A DNA stretch of 64,000 nt from Aulosira sp. ZfuVER01 (GTDB lineage Bacteria; Cyanobacteriota; Cyanobacteriia; Cyanobacteriales; Nostocaceae): assembly GCA_034530615.2 (NCBI GenBank), contig JAVRCV020000008.1, positions 160,001-224,000 of the forward strand, written 5' to 3'. The notes below the pieces were generated by a model. The model saw only the letters and a program-made list of their open reading frames with translations. It had not been told where the DNA came from and made no database searches. The translations under genes and the position numbers were made by a program. Of this stretch, positions 1 to 10,156 are shown piece by piece (position 1 is the stretch's first letter; every line of letters begins with the position of its first letter).

Positions 1-2
1 CC

Positions 3-83
3 CTAACTCAAAGTCTCTTAGCAGGTGCAGTGCTAGGGCTTTATTTTGGTGGTATTGGTTTAGTAAAGCTAACAGGTAAATGA
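3..83 (+). CDS. tatC: 3' end of twin-arginine translocase subunit TatC (partial, window edge)
   Basis: Frame 3 reads LTQSLLAGAVLGLYFGGIGLVKLTGK*, matching the cyanobacterial TatC C-terminus as I recall it; lies near petC as is common in cyanobacteria. Confidence 0.75.
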   Translation, partial: LTQSLLAGAVLGLYFGGIGLVKLTGK

Positions 84-153
84 ATGAGGAATATAAGGCA
101 GGGGGGACAGGGGAATGAGAGATACAAATGACCAATGACGACCTTGAAAATTA

Positions 154-489
154 ATGCCACAAATCACATATCAAGACTTTGAAAAAGTCGAAATTCGAGT
201 TGGGAAAGTTATAGAAGTGGCCGATTTTACCACTGCTAGAAAACCAGCCTATAAACTTTGGATAGATTTTGGGGATTTGGGCATTAAAAAATCTAGTGCC
301 CAAATTACTAAGCTTTATCAGCCAGAGGATTTAGTTAACAAATTAATCCTAGCTGTCACCAACTTTCCACCTCGCCAAATTGCAGATTTTATGTCTGAAG
401 TTTTGGTTTTGGGAGTAGTTCTCGATCGTGGCGAAGTAGTTTTAATTCAGCCGGATCGAGATGTAGCTTTGGGCAAAAGAATTTTATAG
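154..489 (+). CDS. csaA: CsaA-type tRNA-binding/secretion chaperone (OB fold)
   Basis: DFEKVEIRVGKV, KPAYKLWIDFG, SSAQIT, NFPPRQIA, SEVLVLG motifs. Confidence 0.9.
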   Translation: MPQITYQDFEKVEIRVGKVIEVADFTTARKPAYKLWIDFGDLGIKKSSAQITKLYQPEDLVNKLILAVTNFPPRQIADFMSEVLVLGVVLDRGEVVLIQPDRDVALGKRIL

Positions 490-558
490 TAACTCTTACA
501 TAGCAATCCTTTTAGCTTTGGTTATATATATTTAAACAAGCCAATTGTCAAGAGTATT

Positions 559-879
559 TTACAATATCCACTCCGAAGAACGCTCACCTAAATCAAGGGG
601 AATACTCACAGCTTTGCCCAATCGGGGGCGATCGCGTGTTTGTGTAATAAATGTTTGGACTTGTGTGGTTCCACCTAAGGCATGAAGATAATTGGCAATG
701 CTATCAAGATGGGCTTGGTACTCCTCTTCACTCAAAGGAAAAGAGGCTTGCTCTAAATATTTCCACATGACTTGGAGAAATATTTTTCCCTGAGATCGCC
801 GCAACTGCACATCGTAGGAGCGTCCCCACTTATCAAGCAACAGTTGACGTAATTCCTGTCCTGTCATACGTTGTCTCAA
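559..879 (-). CDS. DUF3067 family protein (probable start at ATG 867, MTGQEL)
   Basis: KWGRSYDVQL, QVMWKYLEQASFPLSE, RPRLGKAVSIPL; conserved divergent neighbour of petC. Confidence 0.8.
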   Translation of the reverse strand: MRQRMTGQELRQLLLDKWGRSYDVQLRRSQGKIFLQVMWKYLEQASFPLSEEEYQAHLDSIANYLHALGGTTQVQTFITQTRDRPRLGKAVSIPLDLGERSSEWIL

Positions 880-1096
880 TTAGATTTTACATTTAGTTAT
901 GATGTTAAGTTCCGTAACTCAAGTATGATAAGGATATAAAGAAATGTAATGCTAACAGAAAAGATGCTAGAAATATCTTGGAACAGAGAAGTATGGCATT
1001 TTTGTGGGCGTTAGCATTTCGACTTAGATAAGAGTTGCTCAACTACTAGTACTCTTATCAAAATGCTTAACAAAATACACAAAGAGCGCGTAGATT

Positions 1097-1636
1097 ATGG
1101 CTCAATTTTCTGAATCAGCAGACGTGCCCGATATGGGGCGTCGTCAATTCATGAATCTGCTCACTTTTGGAACCGTCACTGGAGTGGCTCTGGGTGCATT
1201 GTATCCCGTTGTCAAGTATTTTATTCCACCTGCTGCTGGTGGCGCTGGTGGCGGTACAACAGCAAAAGATGAGCTGGGCAACGATGTTAGTGTCAGCAAG
1301 TTTCTAGCAAGCCATAATGTAGGCGATCGCGCCCTAGTTCAAGGACTCAAGGGCGACCCCACTTATCTTGTCGTAGAAAGCAAAGAAGCGATCGGCGATT
1401 ACGGCATTAATGCCATCTGCACCCATTTAGGATGTGTTGTCCCCTGGAATGTGGCAGAGAACAAGTTTAAATGTCCTTGTCACGGTTCCCAATACGACGC
1501 AACAGGTAAAGTTGTCCGCGGCCCAGCACCTCTGTCTTTGGCTTTGGCTCATACCAAAGTCCAAGACGACAAAGTCGTCGTTAGTCCTTGGACTGAAACC
1601 GACTTCCGCACCGGCGAAGAACCTTGGTGGGGTTAA
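1097..1636 (+). CDS. petC: Cytochrome b6f Rieske iron-sulfur subunit
   Basis: Tat motif GRRQFM; Rieske boxes CTHLGC and CPCHGS. Confidence 0.98.
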   Translation: MAQFSESADVPDMGRRQFMNLLTFGTVTGVALGALYPVVKYFIPPAAGGAGGGTTAKDELGNDVSVSKFLASHNVGDRALVQGLKGDPTYLVVESKEAIGDYGINAICTHLGCVVPWNVAENKFKCPCHGSQYDATGKVVRGPAPLSLALAHTKVQDDKVVVSPWTETDFRTGEEPWWG

Positions 1637-1641
1637 GACTT

Positions 1642-1723
1642 TTAGTCATAAAGTCAATAGTCAAAAGTCCTTAGTGTAAACCATTGACTGTTGACTGTTG
1701 ACTAATGACAAATGACCAATGAC
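1642..1723. repeat. Heptamer STRR tandem repeats (TTGACTG / AATGAC[A/C] type)
   Basis: ttgactg-ttgactg-ttgacta-atgacaa-atgacca-atgac with degenerate inverted agtca copies upstream. Confidence 0.8.
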
Positions 1724-1833
1724 CCTTCGGGTGACGCTCCTTCTCCCAAGGGGAGACGTTACGCGAACGTCGCTAACGCTGCGCTAACACCAGTTGCTCA
1801 TGGGGGGAATCCCCAAGACTGCACTGGTTCACC
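1724..1833. mobile_element. Nested small dispersed repeats (SDR-like) inserted in the STRR tract between petC and petA
   Basis: GC-rich hairpins ccttcgggt / gacgctcct...gtcgctaacgctgcgctaac / tctcccaaggggagacgttacgcgaac / ccagttgc...gcactgg; STRR unit aatgac resumes at 1834. Confidence 0.7.
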
Positions 1834-1871
1834 AATGACTAATTCACGAGAGAATCGTTGCCCTTATAGAG

Positions 1872-2873
1872 ATGAGAAATGCTTCGATAACAGCGAGGTT
1901 AACTCGCAGTACTAGAGCAATAGTCAAAATATTGCTCATAGCGATCGCTACCGTGACATTCTACTTCACCAGCGATTTAGCCCTACCACAATCTGCTGCT
2001 GCCTATCCTTTCTGGGCCCAGCAAACCTATCCAGAAACACCCCGCGAACCGACTGGGCGCATTGTTTGCGCTAACTGTCACTTAGCCGCAAAGCCGACAC
2101 AAGTGGAAGTTCCCCAATCAGTGCTACCTGACACTGTGTTCAAAGCTGTGGTGAAAATTCCCTACGATACCAGCGTCCAGCAGGTAGGTGCTGATGGTTC
2201 TAAAGTCGGCTTAAACGTCGGCGCGGTATTGATGCTACCCGAAGGCTTCAAGATTGCTCCTGAAGACCGTATTTCCGAAGAACTGAAAGAAGAAGTAGGC
2301 GATACTTACTTCCAAACTTACAGCGAAGATAAAGAAAATGTTGTCATCGTCGGCCCTTTACCTGGTGAACAGTATCAGGAAATCGTCTTCCCAGTTCTTT
2401 CTCCCAACCCCGCAACTGATAAAAATATCCACTTTGGTAAATATTCAGTTCACGTAGGTGGTAATCGCGGACGCGGACAAGTTTATCCAACTGGTGAAAA
2501 GAGCAACAACTCTGTTTATAACGCTTCTGCTGCTGGTACCGTCTCTAAGATTGCCAAAGAAGAAGATGGAGACGGTAACGTCAAATATGTAGTCAGCATC
2601 AAAACCGATGCTGGGGAAGTGGTCACAGATACGATTCCTTTAGGACCAGAACTGATTGTTTCCGAAGGGCAAACAGTAAAAGCTGGTGATGCTTTGACTA
2701 ACAATCCCAACGTTGGCGGATTTGGTCAAAGAGATGCAGAGATTGTATTGCAAGACGCTAGTCGAGTCAAATGGTTGATCGCATTCATCGCGCTTGTGAT
2801 GATGGCTCAAGTCATGCTAGTGCTGAAGAAGAAGCAGGTTGAGAAAGTCCAAGCTGCTGAGATGAATTTCTAA
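1872..2873 (+). CDS. petA: Apocytochrome f
   Basis: YPFWAQ mature N-terminus, CANCH haem motif, C-terminal TM helix and [15 protein letters not shown]. Confidence 0.98.
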   Translation: MRNASITARLTRSTRAIVKILLIAIATVTFYFTSDLALPQSAAAYPFWAQQTYPETPREPTGRIVCANCHLAAKPTQVEVPQSVLPDTVFKAVVKIPYDTSVQQVGADGSKVGLNVGAVLMLPEGFKIAPEDRISEELKEEVGDTYFQTYSEDKENVVIVGPLPGEQYQEIVFPVLSPNPATDKNIHFGKYSVHVGGNRGRGQVYPTGEKSNNSVYNASAAGTVSKIAKEEDGDGNVKYVVSIKTDAGEVVTDTIPLGPELIVSEGQTVKAGDALTNNPNVGGFGQRDAEIVLQDASRVKWLIAFIALVMMAQVMLVLKKKQVEKVQAAEMNF

Positions 2874-2898
2874 ATTATTTGTGAATTCATTTATTTAT

Positions 2899-2926
2899 AA
2901 GACAGGCTATTTGCCTGTCTTTTTTT
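2899..2926 (+). terminator. Rho-independent terminator of petCA
   Basis: aagacaggc-tattt-gcctgtctt followed by T run. Confidence 0.85.
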
Positions 2927-2964
2927 ATTAAAAATCAGCAGCAAAGAGAGAAGCTAGCATTCAT

Positions 2965-3324
2965 ATGTCGAAGTTGGATATCAACATGATTAGCAAAGAA
3001 TCTGCCGAGCATTATTTATGGGGTAATAATTGTCATGGTTGGCATCTTGTGAAGCAACTAGGGTTAAGCGTGATTCAGGAAATTATGCCACCAGGAACCT
3101 CGGAAGTCAGACACTATCACCAGCAATCGCGGCAGTTTTTCTTTATCTTATCTGGAACAGCAACTTTAGAAATTGATGGTTCTTGCCAAATTATTTCTCA
3201 ACACCAAGGTGTTGAGATTCCTCCTAATACTCCTCATCAGATGCTAAATGAAAGCGATTGCGATCTAGAATTCCTGGTCATTTCCCAACCTCCCAGTCAT
3301 GGCGATCGTATTTTTGTGAGTTAG
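2965..3324 (+). CDS. Cupin domain protein (possible start ATG 2986)
   Basis: HYLWG..CHGWHLV, EVRHYH..SRQFFFILSG, PHQ cupin motifs. Confidence 0.85.
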   Translation: MSKLDINMISKESAEHYLWGNNCHGWHLVKQLGLSVIQEIMPPGTSEVRHYHQQSRQFFFILSGTATLEIDGSCQIISQHQGVEIPPNTPHQMLNESDCDLEFLVISQPPSHGDRIFVS

Positions 3325-3410
3325 CTGTAATTTTTGGTATCTTGCTTTCTGCTATGTCTAGCGTACTTCCAGAAGGCTATTCAGAGAATTCCTAAAAATA
3401 GGGTAAATTT

Positions 3411-3920
3411 ATGAGCAATGTTTTTGAAGCTATTGTATGTAGGAGTAATTTTGATATAGCTAAAAATTTACTTGCAACAATATCTTCAGAGCTAACGTTA
3501 GAAGTGGTAAAAATTAATGAAGCTCTATCCGTTATTTATCGAGTTGAAGAAAACAGGCATAGATTAATATTTTCTCAACAGATAGAGGATTTAGCTAGCC
3601 AACTATCATTAGAAATTTCTGCTGTTCTGGTAGTGCGCTATGATTCTAAAATTGGACATCGCTCCTCAATTTTGTTCAAGCAAGGTTTACCTATCTCCTC
3701 ATTTGATGAAAAGGATGAAATCTGGGTTTTACTAGATGAAGAAAACCCTTTAATTGATGGAGCAAGATTTTCAATAAATTCAATGAAAGATGATGAAGAA
3801 TATGAATCTATTTGTAATGCAATTGGCTTGGGTCTTCACGCTCTTGGATTAGAAAATTGGCATGAAGTTTATCCCTTCATCACATCTAAACTAATAATAA
3901 AATCCCACCTTACAAATTAA
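3411..3920 (+). CDS. Hypothetical protein, AT-rich
   Basis: 169-aa ORF with ATG and acidic composition; no family recognised. Confidence 0.6.
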   Translation: MSNVFEAIVCRSNFDIAKNLLATISSELTLEVVKINEALSVIYRVEENRHRLIFSQQIEDLASQLSLEISAVLVVRYDSKIGHRSSILFKQGLPISSFDEKDEIWVLLDEENPLIDGARFSINSMKDDEEYESICNAIGLGLHALGLENWHEVYPFITSKLIIKSHLTN

Positions 3921-4167
3921 CTTAACAAGTCTAGAGTAAAATTGAAATTCAACTTAGAGAATTAAATACTGACCTAGACAGTCTTTAGCACAATTAATGC
4001 ACATTAGTCCGACCCCAGAAAGGGAAAAATAACTACTCAGTACTGTTGAGTTCGTAATACCCTATATTGTTTTTCGGGTATGACACTATCATGGCAAGTT
4101 GTAAGTTTTGTAAAGCCAAAGTTATATTTATTTATATAAAGTCATATCAATTAAACAGAGGTTTGAG

Positions 4168-4413
4168 ATGACTATTTTTATTGCATTGTTAGTTGTGGGT
4201 TAGGTATCTGCTTCAGTTATCGGCACTTTGGCTTATTTCTTGGGAGAACAAACCAAGCCTATCCACGAGCGGAACTGGCGCTCTGAGTCTTTTGAGAAGT
4301 TAGCCAAGTCTTTCACAGGCAAAGATATTGACTATAGTCAACGCACTCCTGCCTATGCTATTAATGCCTGTACCAGCCGCAATTTGCCGCTATTACAGTT
4401 AAAGAATGCTTAA
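4168..4413 (+). pseudogene. Psb35-related small membrane protein interrupted by in-frame TAG at 4201-4203
   Basis: ATG 4168 gives MTIFIALLVVG*VSASVIGTLAYFLGEQTKPIHERNWRSESF in frame with track ORF 4228..4413; homologues as I recall have Trp (GW) at the stop position. Confidence 0.65.
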
Positions 4414-4419
4414 AGATAT

Positions 4420-4448
4420 AACCCCCATCCCGAAGATTTGGGGGTTTT
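4420..4448 (+). terminator. Rho-independent terminator
   Basis: aaccccca...tgggggtt followed by ttgcttt. Confidence 0.7.
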
Positions 4449-4514
4449 GCTTTACAAAAACTTTAAATAGTTGACGATATATGAAGAATATGTTAAATAT
4501 ATTAATATAAGCTT

Positions 4515-4629
4515 ACAAAGCTAACAAATACAAATATTTAAACGACGACAACGCTGAAGAAAATCTGACATTTGGGTATTTCGGAACTTTCTTCTTCTAC
4601 CTCGGCTTGCGCAGCCGAGGTTTTATTTT
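4515..4629 (+). ncRNA. Candidate sRNA, possibly PsrR1/SyR1-like (5' end approximate)
   Basis: No ORF; own strong terminator acctcggc-ttgcgca-gccgaggt-tttattt (4599-4629); AT-rich promoter region with ttgacg and HLR1-like half-sites upstream; identity not verified. Confidence 0.45.
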
Positions 4630-4699
4630 GGGGTTTTTCCTGCTCAGAGCTATCATGCGCCTTTTCGGCTTTGGAAACCCATATTTCGGTATATACCCT

Positions 4700-4802
4700 A
4701 GAGACATTAAGCGTTAAGAAAGTAACAATTGATTCGTATTAAGCATCTGTATCCACTCCGGAAAGCTCCAGAAAGACTGAGAGCAATTCTGGAGTTTTTT
4801 TT
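4700..4802 (+). ncRNA. Second candidate sRNA (5' end approximate)
   Basis: Independent terminator ctccagaa...ttctggag + 8 T (4766-4802) with no ORF upstream of it. Confidence 0.35.
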
Positions 4803-5441
4803 AGGAGCAGATAAAGGTACTATGTAGTTTTTAGTCTAAACTGTAACTTTATCTAAATAGATGAAGTAAAATTTGATTTCGAGTAGAATTATATATTGTT
4901 AACCGTAAATGTACTGAGGCTAGTAGTTGGTTTTTATCTCCAAGGAATTAGTAATTGAGTGTATCCATTTTGTCATGGTCAGACCTTAATCAACTGATAA
5001 AGTTTTCTAAAACTTTAACCACTATCTTGTCTAAGACAAGTTATGAAAGTGGCAAATTCAATCATTGGTTACGATCGCAGTTTTGCAACTAGGCAGTTGC
5101 ACCCTCACGCTTCTAGTTAAGAGAAACAATGCTTAAAGAAGCGATAGCTAGAATTCAGCATACAAAATTAGTGTAGAGTTCTTAAATGTAAGAAATTAAC
5201 CCAGAAAAATCAACTTACTGCCACTGTTGGGTATCTTATTTTGCTAATAGCTGAGTAAAATAAGCTATTTAAACAACTACCAAAATGGCAACTATCGCAA
5301 CTATTTTCAGTAAAACTTTGCAATCAATGTAAATTTTAAGCCGGATAATGTGTAGTATGTCATGGGAAATACTCCTATGGCCTATAGTAGCCAATTACCA
5401 ATAACCAAGACATATATTGAAACTGATTACCAAAACTGGGC

Positions 5442-8441
5442 ATGACTTATATTAAGAACGCCTTTGATGAATTTCTTCGCACCGTTGAAGGTTTTGACCA
5501 ATTACCTAATGAAGAGATTGCGAATCTATCGCAACAATTACAAGCGTGGCGCTACCGCATAGGTCAAAAAATTATCGGCAAAGAAGTAATTCCAGAAAAA
5601 ATTACAATCATTTATGAAGGACAAGTACGCCTTTTAGGATACGATCCTCAAACGCAAATGCCAGTAACCTTAAAGTTGCTGCAACCAGGAGAAATCTTAG
5701 GCGAAATTGGTTTTTTACGTCAAGTTGCCTGCGAAACCGCGATCGCATCCACTGAAATAGTATGTTTAACCTTAAGTGCAGTTGAATACTTACGGCTACT
5801 CTCTGCATACCCAGCTTTTGCTAATACCCGCAAAAACCGCGCTCATATTATTGAAGTCTTTGATGTCTTGGGTTGGCAATTAGAACAGCAAGCTCTAGCT
5901 AGTGCTAATCTCAAAGAACTCTCAGAACAAGCTTTACCAGAGGCGAAAGTACATTACCTCCCTCCCGGAAGAACCCCATTCAACCAACTCGATCGTGAAA
6001 GTATTTGGTTTGTCAGTGGTAGCGGTACAGTTAAGAATTTCTCCGCAGGTTCGCGTTTAGAAGCCAGTGATGGCGGCTCAATCGAAGTTCAAGGGCCAAA
6101 TTCTGTACGCTTGATTGGTTTAGATCCATCAGACTTATACTTTCTAAATAATCAGCCAGCACAACTTGCATTAACTAACACTCAACCGCAAATTCCAGAA
6201 GCACTGAATATTCCTTACGCCACAGAGGAAGAAGTACCCCAATCAGCATCTGCATCTAAAGGTAAACAAAAACACTTAAAATATCCATTCTTCCGTGGTA
6301 GTGGAGAGATAAATTCTGCCTTTGCTTGTTTTCAAATGATCTCCAAGCACCTACAAATCCCGTTTCGCCGGGAAGTAGTGCGCCGCATCTTAACAGAGCA
6401 AATGAGAAAGCAAGGCACTGTATCATTTCAGCTTTGTGCCTACCTGTCAGAGTTAATCGGACTCAAGGCTAATTTGGTAGATATACCAGCTACCTCAATT
6501 ACACGGATTCCTACACCAGCATTGATTCGCTATGGTGATAGTCTTGCTGTTTTATATGCAGCCGATGCCAATACTGTAGTTGTGGGTGTACCATCTCAAG
6601 GCATCGTGCGCTGTAAACCAGCTGAACTGGTAGCTCGATTAGAAGTCGATGAAGGCAGTATGCCGCCTCAGGTGCGGGTATTGCTGTTATCACCCACCAA
6701 CGAAACACCTCAAGAACGCTTTGGTTTGCGGTGGTTTATTCCCTATTTGTCACGCCACCGTCGTGTATTGATAGAAGTATTTATTGCTTCATTTTTTGTG
6801 CAATTGGCAGCGTTGGCTAACCCACTGGTTATTCAGCTAATTATTGATAAAGTCATCGTTCAAAACAGTATTAGCACCCTGAATGTTTTGGGTGTGCTGC
6901 TGTTGGTAGTCGGAATATTTGAAGCAATACTAACCACATTGCGAACTTACTTATTTGTCGATACTACCAACCGCATTGATATGAGTTTGGGGTCACAAAT
7001 TATTGACCACTTACTCCGCCTACCACTACGCTATTTTGAAAAGCGACCAGTAGGTGAATTGTCAACTCGCATTAACGAATTAGAAAATATCCGGCAATTT
7101 CTCACTGGTACGGCCTTAACAGTAGGGTTAGATGCAGTATTTTCGGTGGTTTATATCATCGTCATGCTGTTTTACAGTTGGCAACTGACTTTAGTAGGTT
7201 TGGGAACAATTCCCGTCTTTGTGATTATCACTTTAATTGCTTCTCCTACTGTTAGTAGACAGTTGCGAAGCAAAGCCGAACGGAACTCCGAAACTCAATC
7301 TTATTTAGTTGAGGTAATGTCGGGGATTCAAACAGTAAAAGCGCAAAATATAGAATTGCGATCGCGCTTTTCTTGGCAAGAGCGTTATGCTCGTTATGTA
7401 GCAGCCGGTTTTAAAACCGTTGTCACTTCTACCCTAGCTAATTCCACCAGCAACTTTCTCAATAAACTCAGTAGTTTACTGGTGTTGTGGGTAGGAGCTT
7501 ATTTAGTACTCAAAGGGGAATTAACTTTAGGTGAATTAATCGCCTTTAGAATTATCTCCGGTTATGTTACTAGCCCGATATTGCGCTTGGCTCAACTCTG
7601 GCAAAGCTTCCAAGAAACAGCCTTATCCTTAGAACGGTTAAGTGATATTGTTGATACGCCAGAAGAAGCAGAAAGCAATCGTCAAAACATCCCCTTACCT
7701 GCAATTGTGGGATCTGTGAAATATGAAAATGTTTCCTTCCGCTTTGCAGCCAGTGGTCCTCTACAACTTTCCAATGTCAATGTTGAAATTCCTGCTGGTC
7801 AATTTGTTGGCATTGTCGGACAGAGTGGATCTGGTAAAAGTACGATGATGAAGCTACTGCTCAGACTTTATGAGGTCGAGTCTGGCAGGATTTTAATTGA
7901 TGGTTACGATATTGGCAAAGTAGAACTTTATTCACTGCGACGACAGATGGGTGTAGTACCGCAAGATCCGCTGTTGTTTGACGGTACAGTTCAGGAAAAC
8001 ATTGCCCTAACTAATCCTGATGCTACAACTGAAGAAATTATCGAAGCGGCTCGCATTGCCGCTGCCCACGAATTTATTATGGGACTGCCTAACGGTTACA
8101 ATACACGTGTAGGCGAACGGGGTGCAGCGCTTTCGGGTGGACAAAGACAAAGAATTGCGATCGCGCGATCGGTTTTACAAAGACCTAAGCTATTAGTTTT
8201 AGATGAAGCAACTAGTGCTCTAGATTACCCGACAGAGCGACAAGTCTGTCTTAATTTAGCTCAGGACTTTAAAGGGAGTACGGTATTTTTTATTACTCAC
8301 CGCCTTAGTACCGTTAGTCATGCAGATACAATTATCGTCATGGATAACGGCAGAATTACAGAACAAGGAAGCCATCAAGAATTAATGGCTGCTAAAGGTC
8401 ATTATTGTTACCTTTATCAGCAGCAAGAAGTTAACCTGTAA
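5442..8441 (+). CDS. Type I secretion ABC transporter (HlyB family) with N-terminal cNMP-binding and C39-like domains
   Basis: cNMP-like IIYEGQVRLL..GEILGE; ABC TM domain; Walker A GQSGSGKST, LSGGQRQR, LVLDEATSALD. Confidence 0.92.
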   Translation: MTYIKNAFDEFLRTVEGFDQLPNEEIANLSQQLQAWRYRIGQKIIGKEVIPEKITIIYEGQVRLLGYDPQTQMPVTLKLLQPGEILGEIGFLRQVACETAIASTEIVCLTLSAVEYLRLLSAYPAFANTRKNRAHIIEVFDVLGWQLEQQALASANLKELSEQALPEAKVHYLPPGRTPFNQLDRESIWFVSGSGTVKNFSAGSRLEASDGGSIEVQGPNSVRLIGLDPSDLYFLNNQPAQLALTNTQPQIPEALNIPYATEEEVPQSASASKGKQKHLKYPFFRGSGEINSAFACFQMISKHLQIPFRREVVRRILTEQMRKQGTVSFQLCAYLSELIGLKANLVDIPATSITRIPTPALIRYGDSLAVLYAADANTVVVGVPSQGIVRCKPAELVARLEVDEGSMPPQVRVLLLSPTNETPQERFGLRWFIPYLSRHRRVLIEVFIASFFVQLAALANPLVIQLIIDKVIVQNSISTLNVLGVLLLVVGIFEAILTTLRTYLFVDTTNRIDMSLGSQIIDHLLRLPLRYFEKRPVGELSTRINELENIRQFLTGTALTVGLDAVFSVVYIIVMLFYSWQLTLVGLGTIPVFVIITLIASPTVSRQLRSKAERNSETQSYLVEVMSGIQTVKAQNIELRSRFSWQERYARYVAAGFKTVVTSTLANSTSNFLNKLSSLLVLWVGAYLVLKGELTLGELIAFRIISGYVTSPILRLAQLWQSFQETALSLERLSDIVDTPEEAESNRQNIPLPAIVGSVKYENVSFRFAASGPLQLSNVNVEIPAGQFVGIVGQSGSGKSTMMKLLLRLYEVESGRILIDGYDIGKVELYSLRRQMGVVPQDPLLFDGTVQENIALTNPDATTEEIIEAARIAAAHEFIMGLPNGYNTRVGERGAALSGGQRQRIAIARSVLQRPKLLVLDEATSALDYPTERQVCLNLAQDFKGSTVFFITHRLSTVSHADTIIVMDNGRITEQGSHQELMAAKGHYCYLYQQQEVNL

Positions 8442-8536
8442 TGAGTTAGTTATTAGTTATTAAAGACCAACTTAATAACTAATAACTAATCTTTGATAAA
8501 TAATAAACAATTACTAATTCAAAATCTAAAATCCCT

Positions 8537-10120
8537 ATGACTCAACTTAATGGAAATAATTTTAATGGTAGAAATGGTAACGGGAGACATAATAACGAAG
8601 CACCTACAGATTCACGGGTAATAACATCTGCCGCAAAAACTCCTAAACAGCCTGCATTTAATTTCCAAGAGACTAACTTTGAGCAATCTGTTGTACTTCG
8701 CCAATCTCCAATTTGGTCACGCACAATCATGATATCTCTCATGGGTTTGGCCTGTTTTGGGATTGCTTGGGCTTGTTTTGCCAAAATTGAGCAAGTAGTA
8801 CCAGCAGCAGGTCAATTAAAGCCAGAGGGAACAGTTAAAGATGTTCAAGCTCCTGTTAGTGGAGTTGTCAAAGAAGTTTATGTAAAAGATGGTCAAGAAG
8901 TCAAATCTGGAGATTTACTACTGACTTTTGATTCCATCGCCACTCGTGCCGAATTAAATTCTTTAAATAAAATTCGCGCCGCCTTAATTCAAGAAAACCA
9001 AATTTATCGCCGCTTGATGGGAGCAAGCTTTGCCACAACATCTGAGTTAGAATTTTTACGGGGCAAATTACCTCAAGAAACAGCTTTTCTCCTCAAAAGT
9101 CGGGCGGGGTTAGTTTCAGAAAATGAATTGTTGCGTTCTCAATTAAAAAGATATGGTTCAGAACCTGGAATAGGTACTGATGAGCTGCAACGTCTAGAAG
9201 TCGCCCGAAAAGAATTAGATTCCCGCTCCTCAGCCGCAAGGTTGGAAGTTGAAAAAACCAGGAAACAACTTACGCAAACTCAAGTTAAAAAGCAGGATAC
9301 TCAAGCAAGTTTAGCTATCCAACAGAAGATTTTAAGTAAAATTAAGATATTAGCAGAAGAGGGTGGGATTTCTCAGCTTCAGTATCTCAATCAGCAACAA
9401 CAGGTACAAAATCTGAGTGCAGAAGTAGCACAATTATCTGAGGAAGAAAAGCGCCTCCAGTTTGATATTGAAAAAGGTCAGCAGCAGTTAACTAATACTG
9501 TAGCAGCGTCAGATAAAGATATTTTAGAAAAAATCTCTCAAAACAAACAACGCATTGCTGATATCGATAGCCAATTCATGAAAGTTATTCTGGAAAATGA
9601 ACAGCGTTTAGCAGATGTGAATAGCAAAATTTCGCAAACGCAGTTGAATGTTAAATATCAGGAACTTCGCGCTCCTGTAAGTGGAACTATTTTTGATTTG
9701 CAAGCGAAAAACCCAGGATTTGTAGCTAATCCCACTCAAAAACTTTTGCAAATTGTGCCGAATGAAAAATACATTGCAGAAGTTTTCATTACCAATAAAG
9801 ATATTGGTTTCGTCCGCAAAGATATGAAAGTTGATGTCAGAATTGATTCTTTCCCTTTCAGCGAATTTGGTGATATCAAAGGAAAAGTTATTGACATCGG
9901 TTCTGACGCATTACCTCCAGACCAAACACATCAGTTTTATCGCTTTCCAGCACGAGTTAGTTTAGATGAACAATCCTTAATGATTAACGGTAAAAAAGTT
10001 AACTTACAGTCAGGTATGTCAATCAGTGCCAATATTAAAGTTCGCGAAGAACGCTCAGTAATTAGTCTGTTTACTGAGTTGTTTACCAAGCAAGTTGAGA
10101 GTCTCAAAGAAGTACGTTAA
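8537..10120 (+). CDS. HlyD family membrane fusion protein
   Basis: Single TM, VQAPVSGVVKEVYVKDGQEV lipoyl-like motif, long coiled coil, DSFPFSEFG, LQSGMS. Confidence 0.92.
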   Translation: MTQLNGNNFNGRNGNGRHNNEAPTDSRVITSAAKTPKQPAFNFQETNFEQSVVLRQSPIWSRTIMISLMGLACFGIAWACFAKIEQVVPAAGQLKPEGTVKDVQAPVSGVVKEVYVKDGQEVKSGDLLLTFDSIATRAELNSLNKIRAALIQENQIYRRLMGASFATTSELEFLRGKLPQETAFLLKSRAGLVSENELLRSQLKRYGSEPGIGTDELQRLEVARKELDSRSSAARLEVEKTRKQLTQTQVKKQDTQASLAIQQKILSKIKILAEEGGISQLQYLNQQQQVQNLSAEVAQLSEEEKRLQFDIEKGQQQLTNTVAASDKDILEKISQNKQRIADIDSQFMKVILENEQRLADVNSKISQTQLNVKYQELRAPVSGTIFDLQAKNPGFVANPTQKLLQIVPNEKYIAEVFITNKDIGFVRKDMKVDVRIDSFPFSEFGDIKGKVIDIGSDALPPDQTHQFYRFPARVSLDEQSLMINGKKVNLQSGMSISANIKVREERSVISLFTELFTKQVESLKEVR

Positions 10121-10156
10121 GCCATATTTCTGTATTATCTTTCTCATCATCTTTTT

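Noticed and set aside
1712..1915. 67-aa ORF between petC and petA
   Set aside because: Consists of STRR/SDR repeat DNA and overlaps the petA start
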